Shown here: positions 9,569 to 17,287 of the stretch, in pieces
Layout: every line of letters begins with the position of its first letter
How positions within the stretch are numbered: the first letter of the stretch is position 1
NCBI GenBank assembly: GCA_963738245.1
Contig: CAVTWB010000012.1
Location: forward strand, 295,921 to 359,920
Reading direction: 5' to 3'
DNA length: 64,000 nucleotides
From: an uncultured Verrucomicrobiae bacterium
GTDB taxonomy: Bacteria > Verrucomicrobiota > Verrucomicrobiia > Limisphaerales > UBA11358
The notes under the pieces: generated by a model
What the model was told of the DNA's origin: nothing
The model's input: only the letters and a program-made list of their open reading frames with translations
Database searches by the model: none
Translations under genes and position numbers: made by a program

Positions 9569-10513
9569 ATGAGCGAAACTTTGACCGAAACTCCGCCCGC
9601 CAGCCTTGCCGTTGTCAACGCGCCCGCGCCCGCCACCACGGAGCGCAAGGGGCTGACCAAAAAGGAAATCGCCGCCGACCATCCGACGTGGTGTCCCGGC
9701 TGCGGCGACTTCTCCGTGCTCGCGCTTTACTTCAAGCTGATTGAAAAGCGCAAGATGTGGCACGAGAAAATCACCACCATCGCCGGCATTGGCTGTTCCA
9801 GCCGCTTCCCGTATTTCGTGCAGGCGCACGGCGCGCATTTCATCCACGGGCGCGCATTGCCGTTCGCCAGCGGCATATCACTGTCGCGGCCCGACCTGCA
9901 TGTCTTCGTGTTCGGCGGCGACGGCGACGCGTTTTCCATCGGCGGAAATCATTTCACCCACACCGCGCGCAAAAACATCAAGCTGACCTATTGCGTCATG
10001 GACAACTGGGTTTACGGTCTGACGAAAAAACAGACCTCGCCCACGTCGCCGCTCGGTTTCAAGAGCAAGACCGACCAGTGGGGCGCGGTGGATTATCCGA
10101 TCAACCCGATGAAACAGGCGATCGCCGCCGGTGCCACGTTCGTCGCGCGCACGACGCACACGAATCCGAACCACGTTTTGCAGATGATGGAAGCCGCGAT
10201 GGACCACGACGGCTTCAGCTTCATCGAATGCCTGAGCGAATGCGTGGAATTTTACGAGGGCGCGTTCGACGCCAGCAACCCGCGCAAGGGCGGCGTGTTC
10301 AACGAAGTCCCGAAAAACCACGACGTGACCGACGAAGTCGCGGCCTACAAGCTGGCTGGCGCGGATTTCCCCGGCTACTTCGGCATTTTCTACAAGAGCA
10401 ACAAGCCGACGAAGAACGCCAAGGAGGCGGAGATCATCAAGTCGTATCAGAGCAAGGTCGCCGGCCTGAAAGACTGGCAGATTCTCCAGAAGAACTTCGA
10501 CAAGATGAAATAG
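9569..10513 (+). CDS. korB: 2-oxoacid:ferredoxin oxidoreductase, beta (TPP-binding) subunit
   Basis: WCPGCGDFSVL and FGGDGDAFSIGGNH motifs. 20 nt downstream of korA. Confidence 0.9.
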   Translation: MSETLTETPPASLAVVNAPAPATTERKGLTKKEIAADHPTWCPGCGDFSVLALYFKLIEKRKMWHEKITTIAGIGCSSRFPYFVQAHGAHFIHGRALPFASGISLSRPDLHVFVFGGDGDAFSIGGNHFTHTARKNIKLTYCVMDNWVYGLTKKQTSPTSPLGFKSKTDQWGAVDYPINPMKQAIAAGATFVARTTHTNPNHVLQMMEAAMDHDGFSFIECLSECVEFYEGAFDASNPRKGGVFNEVPKNHDVTDEVAAYKLAGADFPGYFGIFYKSNKPTKNAKEAEIIKSYQSKVAGLKDWQILQKNFDKMK

Positions 10514-10542
10514 TCGTCATTTACGGTCTGCGACATCCGATT

Positions 10543-10580
10543 TACGAGCCTGCGGATTTTTCCCGGGCTCGTATTTTTTT
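10543..10580 (+). terminator. rho-independent terminator after korB
   Basis: TACGAGCC / GGCTCGTA 8-bp stem with a 15-nt loop, followed by T7. Confidence 0.55.
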
Positions 10581-10618
10581 ATGGCGCGTCCATCGTAAAT
10601 CATCAATCGTCAATCCCG

Positions 10619-11140
10619 ATGGCCCACATCCACGAAAAAATTGATTTCACCGTCGCGATCTTTGTCGTTCACGACGGGAAGATTCTGCTCATCCACCATC
10701 GCAAGCTCGGCAAGTGGCTGCCGCTCGGCGGGCACATCGAGCTGGACGAAGATCCGGAGCAGGCGGCGCTCCGCGAGGCGAAGGAGGAGAGCGGCCTCGA
10801 CGTGGAACTGCTCGGCGAACGCCCGCCCACGACCTCGCCCGGCACCCGCGCGCTCATCGCGCCGCGATTTCTCGACATCCATCGCATCAGCGACACGCAC
10901 GAGCACATCGGCATGATTTATTGGGCGCGGCCCAAACGTGGCGGCGGCGCCCCCGCCGCCGAACTTCAGCTTGCCGCCGAGGAGCATCACGACATCCGCT
11001 GGTGCAGCCGCGACGATCTGGACAAACTGTCGCCGCCGATGAGCGACGCGGTGAAATGGTATTGCCGACAGGCCATTGAGGAGATTTCCCGCCATGAACG
11101 CGTAAATCCCGCGCCGTCTGCTACACCATCGAGGGGCTGA
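10619..11140 (+). CDS. NUDIX hydrolase
   Basis: Nudix box GGHIELDEDPEQAALREAKEESGL. Confidence 0.85.
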   Translation: MAHIHEKIDFTVAIFVVHDGKILLIHHRKLGKWLPLGGHIELDEDPEQAALREAKEESGLDVELLGERPPTTSPGTRALIAPRFLDIHRISDTHEHIGMIYWARPKRGGGAPAAELQLAAEEHHDIRWCSRDDLDKLSPPMSDAVKWYCRQAIEEISRHERVNPAPSATPSRG

Positions 11141-12249
11141 ACTCCTTCGCGACCGTCATCTTTTTCAACTACCTTTACTTCCTGTTCCGCGACCGGTTCG
11201 GGTTCAACGACAAGGAAAACCTCGCGCTCGCCTCGCTCATCGGCCTGATTTACATGTTCGCCTCGTGGCAGGCCGGGCGGATCGCGCAACGCTGCGGCCA
11301 TTTCACCGCGCTGAAAACCGGGTTTGGCATCATGATCGCCGGGCTGGTCGTCGGCTCGCAGCTTCACTCGATGGCCGGCGAAATTGCCGCCGCGTGCGTC
11401 GTGAACATCGGCATGTGTTTCATCTGGCCGGTGCTCGAGGCGCTCGTGAGCGAGGGCGCGAACGCCGCGCGCGCCGTGGGCATCTACAACATCACCTGGG
11501 CCGCCGCCAATGCCTCCGCCTATTTCATCGGCGGCACGCTCATCGTGACGTTCGGCTACCAGAGCATGTTTTATCTGCCCCTCGCCTTTATCGTGATTCA
11601 ACTGGCGCTGGTGTTCTGGCTAGAAAAAATCCACGGTGCCGCCGTCGGCGAACCCGGTGAGCTGTTGCCGCACGACGCCAACCGCCCGTCGCCGGCGCGC
11701 GCCAAAAATTTCCAGCGCATGGCGTGGCTGGCGAATCCGTTCGCCTACATCGCCATCAACACGCTGCTCGCCGTCATTCCCGGCATCGCCGCGAAGTTTC
11801 AGATGTCGCCCATGCTGGCGGGATTTGTCTGCTCGCTCTGGTGCTTCGTGCGGCTCGGCACGTTCGTGCTGCTGTGGCGCTGGCCCGGCTGGCACTACCG
11901 GTTCCGCTGGCTGGTGACGGCGTTTGCGCTGCTCATCCTCTCCTTCGCGGCCATTCTCGTCGCGCCCAATCTGGCCGTGCTGGTCGCGGCGCAAATCTTC
12001 TTCGGCGCGGCCATCGGGCTGATTTATTATTCGTCGCTGTTCTACTCGATGGACGCGAGCGACACCAAGAGCGAGCACGGCGGCATCCACGAGGCGGCCA
12101 TCGGCGCGGGAAATTTCGTCGGCCCGGCGGTGGGCGCGGCGGCGTTGCAGTTCGCGGCCCAAAGTCCCAACGCCGGGGCCTATGCCGTGAGCGGCCTGCT
12201 GCTGTGCGGCCTCGGCGGACTCGTGATGATCCGGCGGCTGGCGCGGTAG
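11094..12249 (+). CDS. MFS transporter; 5' end appears frame-broken (uninterrupted ORF only from 11254)
   Basis: Track ORF 11254..12249 is multi-TM. The same frame is open back to 11098 and encodes a first TM helix (YTIEGLNSFATVIFFNYLYFLF) with no ATG/GTG/TTG. ATG AAC GCG at 11094 would join it if T11103 were absent. Confidence 0.7.
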
Positions 12250-12289
12250 CTATTTCACCACTGTCCGCCCGCCTCCGGTGGGCCGCGCA

Positions 12290-12600
12290 TGGTCCCGCCA
12301 ATCCCAACGGGATTGAATCATTCAGCCCGGCGTTGCCCGGCCCCATCGGGCTACGCCGGGTATGCGACCCGAAACGTCCCCAACTCTGAAGGAGTTGAAT
12401 CACCCGGCTGGAAAATGCGCGCTGCAACCACGTTGTGGTTGATGAATTTGTTTTGGACGATGACCCAGGGTAGCTCGTTCCTCGCAACCCTGGGCTGAAA
12501 GATAAAATCCCGTTGGGATTTTCGCATCGTAGCGGCGGTCGGCAGACCGCCGCATTTCAAAAAAGGCATTATTAAAATGCGGCTCTCTACCGGGGAGCCG
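12290..12600. repeat. cluster of REP-like hairpin elements between convergent genes
   Basis: AATCCCAACGGGATT (about 12298) and its reverse complement AATCCCGTTGGGATT (about 12507) bracket hairpins CAACCAC-GT-TGTGGTTG and CCCAGGG..CCCTGGG. GCGGCGGTC..GACCGCCGC and GCGGCTC..GAGCCGC follow. Confidence 0.6.
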
Positions 12601-12611
12601 CTACATGGCTT

Positions 12612-13028
12612 TCACCACTCCGTATCCAGCTTGATGACGCAATGGCCGAGGTCGAGCCGCGGGCTGCCCGGCTGCGGTTGCACGGCGGGCGACAATTTGT
12701 AGCACCGGCCGTAGCCGACGATGACCGCGCCCGCCTTCTTCAGCAGCGCCATGTGCTTGGACACGCTCGCCGCCGGACAGCGCACGCGCAGGGACAGCTC
12801 GCTCACCGGCAGGGGCTCGCCTTTGGCCAGCTCGCGCAGGATGCGCCAGCGCGCGGGCACATTCAGCAGCCGCGCCAGGTGCTTGAGCTTGATCAATTCC
12901 GTCGTCGTCGCCGTTCCCGCCGCCTCGCCCGCCGGACTGGCCGGGTCCGCCGATAATTCAGAGGTATTTGCCGTCGGTTCAGACGTATTCATGCCCGACG
13001 TTCTGACACCGCCACCCCGCCGCGTCAA
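12612..13028 (-). CDS. ArsR-family winged-helix transcriptional regulator
   Basis: HLARLLNVPARWRILRELAKGEPLPVSELSLRVRCPAASVSKHMALLKKAGAV. The start may instead be the internal MNTSEP. Confidence 0.75.
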   Translation of the reverse strand: MTRRGGGVRTSGMNTSEPTANTSELSADPASPAGEAAGTATTTELIKLKHLARLLNVPARWRILRELAKGEPLPVSELSLRVRCPAASVSKHMALLKKAGAVIVGYGRCYKLSPAVQPQPGSPRLDLGHCVIKLDTEW

Positions 13029-13059
13029 GCCATTTAACCCAAAAAATAGTCTGTCGGAA

Positions 13060-13248
13060 GAAGAAAAGCATGTATCAGACGAAAAATATAATGTTGCAGA
13101 AGAATGAAATCGTATTTGGCGAGAATAATAGCCTATTACAAGAGAAATAACTCATATCCTGAAAGAATAATCAGCAATTGTTTAAGATAAAAATGGTGTC
13201 TGAAAGGAATAAACAGGCATTAAATAGGAATAATCACGTCAAAAATAT
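13060..13248. repeat. nine strictly 21-bp-phased units, each starting GAATAAT-like and followed by 14 variable nt
   Basis: Unit starts at 13060 gaagaaa, 13081 gaaaaat, 13102 gaatgaa, 13123 gaataat, 13144 gaaataa, 13165 gaataat, 13186 gataaaa, 13207 gaataaa, 13228 gaataat. No indels. AT-rich. Confidence 0.7.
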
Positions 13249-13454
13249 TCCAACTCTATGCCAAGCCATCCATCCAGGGCACAAATTTGCACGTTAATTC
13301 CTACAAAATTGCCGTCAGAATGCAAAAAGTTGCTGCCGGAACACAAATCATTGTCCGCGTAATACAAAAGTCTGGAGTAATTCTTTGATAAATAATTGGA
13401 AAAGGCTGATAGGGCGGGCAGTCCTCTGCTCTCTGCAACGTGGGCTGTCGAAAA

Positions 13455-13548
13455 GCGGCAGAAGGCTGCCGCACTCCAAGACGCTCCGCGCAATCCGGTG
13501 GCGACCGACCATCGCCTCGCGTCTTGGAGTGCTACAGCTCCTTGTAGC
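13455..13548. repeat. three adjacent hairpins upstream of thrS (REP-like element or leader structure)
   Basis: GCGGCAG-aagg-CTGCCGC (13455-13472). A perfect 14-bp stem GCACTCCAAGACGC / GCGTCTTGGAGTGC (13471-13484 / 13519-13532). GCTACA-gctcct-TGTAGC (13531-13548). Confidence 0.6.
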
Positions 13549-13629
13549 TTTGCCGGCGGAGCGGCGCGCGTGGTCGTGGTGGCAGGTTTTCACTTACTTT
13601 CCCGGCGCCTTTGTGGTTACATTTCCCTC

Positions 13630-15744
13630 ATGTCTGCTGAACAAGAGAATCAACCGCCGCCCGCGCCGCCCAACCCGGAGCGCAAAACTCTCGACGACCG
13701 CGCGAAGATGACCGAATTGGAACGCATCCGGCATTCCGCTGCGCACGTCATGGCTACCGCCATCCTGCGGCTTTGGCCCGAGGCGCAATTCGCCGCCGGG
13801 CCGCCGGTCGAGAATGGATTTTACTACGACGTGGATTTGCCGCACCGCATCTCGCCGGAGGATTTCGCAGCCATCGAGGCCGAGATGAAAAAGGAAATCA
13901 AGGCGAACAACGTCTTCGAGAAAATCGTCGTCACGCGCGAGCAGGCGCTGAAGGATTCCGAGAGCGGACGGCTCGGCGGCCTGACCGAGCGTCCGGGCAA
14001 TCCGAGCAAGTTCAAGATCGGCAACCTCGAAGCCATTCCCGAGGGCGAGCAGATCACGTATTTCAAGAACGGCGATTTCGTTGACCTGTGCGCCGGGCCG
14101 CACGTGATGCGCACCGGCAACATCGGCGCGTTCAAGCTCACCAGCGTGGCCAGCGCGTATTACAAGGGCGACGAGCGCAACCCGCAGCTCCAGCGCATCT
14201 ACGGCACGGCGTTCAAGAACAAGACCGCGCTCGACGAGTATTTCAAGATGATCGAGGAGGCCAAGCGCCGCGACCATCGCAAGATCGGCGCGGAGATGGG
14301 GCTGTTCGCGATTGACACGGAATACGTCGGGCCGGGCCTGCCGCTGTGGCTGCCAAAGGGCACGGCCATCGTCGAGGAACTGGAGAAATTGGCGAAGGAA
14401 ACGGAATTCGCCGCCGGTTATGTGCGCGTGAAAACGCCGCACATCGCGCGGGAGAAAATGTATTTAACTTCCGGTCATTTGCCGGTGCTTTATGCGGAAT
14501 CAATGTTTCCGCCGATGCGTCTAAATATTGAAGGTGGGCAACAGGCAGCCCTTACCGAGTTGAAATCCACTCTTGGCGCGGAAGACAAGAAATTCATAGA
14601 AGGGTTTGAGGAACTGCATCCAGAATTTGCAAAAGGCGCGCAGACAACTATTGAATTCCGAGATCGCCTTACTAGCTATTTAAAAAATCTGTCTCCAGAA
14701 GATCGAAAAGGATTCGAGGAGTCTGCACTCAACAAGTGGACAATTGATCTCACGCTGGCCCGTTTCGGTGAAGAGCGTTACTACCTCAAGGCCATGAACT
14801 GCCCGCATCATCACCGCATTTTTGCGGCGGAACCGCGCAGTTACCGCGATCTGCCGTTGCGGCTGGCCGAATACGGCACCTGCTACCGCTACGAGCAGTC
14901 GGGCGAATTGTTCGGCCTCATGCGCGTCCGCTCGCTCAACATGAACGACGCGCACATCTATTGCACGCCGGAGCAGTTCGCCGCCGAGTTCAACGCCGTC
15001 AACGAAATGTATCTGAAGTATTTCAAGATTTTCGGCATCGAGAAATACGTCATGCGCTTCAGCACGCACGACCCGTCGCGCCTGACCGGCGACAACGCCA
15101 AGTTCGTCAACGAACCGGAATTGTGGAAGCAGACGGAGGATATGGTCCGCAAGGTTTTGATTGATTCGAAGATTCCCTACGTGGAGGTGCCGAACGAGGC
15201 GGCGTTTTACGGGCCGAAGATTGACGTGCAGGTCTGGAGCGTCATCGGCCGCGAATTCACGCTGGCGACTAACCAGGTGGACTTCGCCGTGCCGCGGAAA
15301 TTCGGCCTGGTCTATCGCGACAAGGACAACACGGACAAGACGCCGCTGTGCATCCATCGCGCGCCGCTGGGCACGCACGAGCGGTTCATCGGCTTCCTCA
15401 TCGAGCATTACGCCGGCAATTTCCCGCTCTGGCTCGCGCCGGAACAGGTGCGCGTGATGACCATCGGCGAGGAGGAGCCACTGGTGAATTACGCCAAGGC
15501 CATCGTGAGCGAGCTTCGCGCCAGTTTCGTCCGCTGCGAATCGGATTTCTCGTCGAACAAAATCAACGGCAAGATTCAGGAGGCGGAGCAGGCGAAAGTC
15601 CACACGATGCTCGTCATCGGCGGCCGCGACATGGACGCCGGAAATGTTTCCGTCCGTCTGCACGGCAAGGGCAACATCGGCGCGAAGCCGAAGGGCGAAG
15701 TCGTGGCTGAAATCCTGCAGGCAATCAAAGACCGGCGGGCATGA
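13630..15744 (+). CDS. thrS: threonine--tRNA ligase, with an atypical insertion of about 87 codons in the catalytic core
   Basis: Start trimmed to MSAEQEN. Editing/second-additional-domain motif ERIRHSAAHVMATA. Also RDHRKIG, YYLKAMNCPHHHRIF, SYRDLPLRLAEYGTCYRYEQSGELFGLMRVRSLNMNDAHIY, and the anticodon-binding C-terminus. Confidence 0.9.
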   Translation: MSAEQENQPPPAPPNPERKTLDDRAKMTELERIRHSAAHVMATAILRLWPEAQFAAGPPVENGFYYDVDLPHRISPEDFAAIEAEMKKEIKANNVFEKIVVTREQALKDSESGRLGGLTERPGNPSKFKIGNLEAIPEGEQITYFKNGDFVDLCAGPHVMRTGNIGAFKLTSVASAYYKGDERNPQLQRIYGTAFKNKTALDEYFKMIEEAKRRDHRKIGAEMGLFAIDTEYVGPGLPLWLPKGTAIVEELEKLAKETEFAAGYVRVKTPHIAREKMYLTSGHLPVLYAESMFPPMRLNIEGGQQAALTELKSTLGAEDKKFIEGFEELHPEFAKGAQTTIEFRDRLTSYLKNLSPEDRKGFEESALNKWTIDLTLARFGEERYYLKAMNCPHHHRIFAAEPRSYRDLPLRLAEYGTCYRYEQSGELFGLMRVRSLNMNDAHIYCTPEQFAAEFNAVNEMYLKYFKIFGIEKYVMRFSTHDPSRLTGDNAKFVNEPELWKQTEDMVRKVLIDSKIPYVEVPNEAAFYGPKIDVQVWSVIGREFTLATNQVDFAVPRKFGLVYRDKDNTDKTPLCIHRAPLGTHERFIGFLIEHYAGNFPLWLAPEQVRVMTIGEEEPLVNYAKAIVSELRASFVRCESDFSSNKINGKIQEAEQAKVHTMLVIGGRDMDAGNVSVRLHGKGNIGAKPKGEVVAEILQAIKDRRA

Positions 15745-16247
15745 TTCACGGCTACTGGTCAGTCTTTGCGGAATTGATTCAGACGCCGTTCGAGCACGCC
15801 GCGCTGATCTGGGGCATCGTGCCGCTTTACTTCGGGCTGCTGCTCAATGAGCTGACGGCCGACAAGGCGAGCTTCCGCACGGCGCTCCAGAGCGGGTTTA
15901 GTTTTCTCTGGGCCGGCGCGCAGTGGCTGTGGCCGTATTTCAAGCCGCATGGCTTCGGCGTGCCGCAGGTTGAATTCAACGCGATGCTGCCGATCAATCT
16001 GCTCGTGACCTTTCTGGTGATCGCGCTCGGCTTCGTCGCGCTCGTCAGTGGCGTCCGCAAGAAATTTCCAAAGCATCTGCGCTTCATCGGCCACACGCGG
16101 TTCGCGAATTATTTCATGATTGCCATCTTCCCGATCCAGTCCCATTACCTGCCGTGGACTTGGGAACGGTTGGCGGCCATTGTTTTGTTCGCGGTTCCCA
16201 TCTGGCTGGCGCTGCACTTCGGGCTGATGCCGCTTCGGAACCGGTAG
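15741..16247 (+). CDS. hypothetical integral membrane protein
   Basis: 168 aa with about 4 hydrophobic helices. Its ATG overlaps the thrS stop (ATGA). Confidence 0.5.
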   Translation: MIHGYWSVFAELIQTPFEHAALIWGIVPLYFGLLLNELTADKASFRTALQSGFSFLWAGAQWLWPYFKPHGFGVPQVEFNAMLPINLLVTFLVIALGFVALVSGVRKKFPKHLRFIGHTRFANYFMIAIFPIQSHYLPWTWERLAAIVLFAVPIWLALHFGLMPLRNR

Positions 16248-16316
16248 GAAGGGCGCGTTGCAATTCCGGCGTGCCATTGTTATAGAAGGAGTGGCAGACA
16301 ACAAACCATCACGCTT

Positions 16317-16631
16317 ATGAAAAAAATAATTCTGTTAATCATCGTTCTGGCGGCGGGAATCACCATCGGCATTTATTTCCAAAGGCAGCCCAAAGCCGAA
16401 AAAATTGAGACGCAGGTGCAGACGGACGCCACGCAAGCCAGCGCCGACGTCAAGGAAGGCGCGCAAAAGGTTGAGACGGTCGCGACGAATGTGGCGGAGC
16501 ACGTCGAAGCGGGCGCACAAAAGGCCGGCGAGGTGGCGACCAATGTCGTTGGTGACGTGAAGGCCGACGCGCAGAAAATTGATCAGGCAGCGACCAATGC
16601 TGCCGGCGAAATCAAGCAGAAGATGCCGTGA
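16317..16631 (+). CDS. small membrane-anchored protein with amphipathic repeats
   Basis: MKKIILLIIVLAAGITIGIYF anchor, then repeats of the type ATNV..V.AGAQK. Confidence 0.5.
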   Translation: MKKIILLIIVLAAGITIGIYFQRQPKAEKIETQVQTDATQASADVKEGAQKVETVATNVAEHVEAGAQKAGEVATNVVGDVKADAQKIDQAATNAAGEIKQKMP

Positions 16632-17239
16632 CCTGGAACGAACTGTTTTTTGATTTTGTCACGCTGTGGGTCACGGTGGATCCCATCGGCACGGTGCCGT
16701 TGTATTTGTCGGTGACGAAAGATCTGCCGGCGCAGGATCGCAAGCGGGCGGCGATGCGGGCGACGTTGATTGCCTTCCTGATTCTCGCAGGCTTTCTCTA
16801 TCTCGGCCAGTATCTGCTGGAGGCGATGCACGTCGAGATGCTTTCATTTCAGATTGCGGGCGGCATCGTGTTGTTCCTCTTTGCCATTTCCATGATTTTC
16901 GACAAGTCGTCGGCCACGCAGGCGCCGGTGGACAAAGGCCACGACGTGGCGGTGTTCCCGCTGGCCATGCCGTCCATCGCGACGCCGGGAGCGTTGTTGT
17001 CGGTCGTGGTGCTGACGGACAACAACACGCACAGTTTTTTTCAGGAGACACTCACGTGCGCGGTCATGGCGCTCGTGCTGGGCGTGACCCTGGTCATGAT
17101 GCTGCTCGGTGACTGGTTCATCCGCCTCATCGGGCGTTCAGGCGCGAATGTCTTGTCACGCGTGATGGGCATGATTCTGGCCGCAGTGGCCGTGGAGATG
17201 GTTTACAGCGCCGTCAAGGGACAACTGGGACCGGGCTGA
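16628..17239 (+). CDS. MarC-family (UPF0056) integral membrane protein
   Basis: FVTLWVTVDPIGTVPLYLSVT, typical of the MarC family. 6 predicted TM helices. GTG start overlaps the upstream stop. Confidence 0.8.
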   Translation: MTWNELFFDFVTLWVTVDPIGTVPLYLSVTKDLPAQDRKRAAMRATLIAFLILAGFLYLGQYLLEAMHVEMLSFQIAGGIVLFLFAISMIFDKSSATQAPVDKGHDVAVFPLAMPSIATPGALLSVVVLTDNNTHSFFQETLTCAVMALVLGVTLVMMLLGDWFIRLIGRSGANVLSRVMGMILAAVAVEMVYSAVKGQLGPG

Positions 17240-17287
17240 CGGTTAATGCCATTGCCCTGCGACCCATTCGCGTCCATTCTTTATCCG

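Noticed and set aside
12289-12569. Small ORFs 12289..12498 (plus) and 12351..12569 (minus)
   Set aside because: They lie entirely within REP-like hairpins between convergent genes and have the low-complexity translations typical of such elements.
13239-13493. 84-aa minus-strand ORF in the ArsR/thrS intergenic region (and 13348..13593, 13385..13711)
   Set aside because: They run through the hairpin cluster and the AT-rich phased array. They have no motif and overlap each other. The thrS track ORF start (13396) was likewise trimmed to 13630.
13400-13629. T-box or tRNA-mimic operator leader for thrS
   Set aside because: No specifier loop or T-box sequence and no NGU anticodon-like loop were found. 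It is reported only as hairpins of unknown role.
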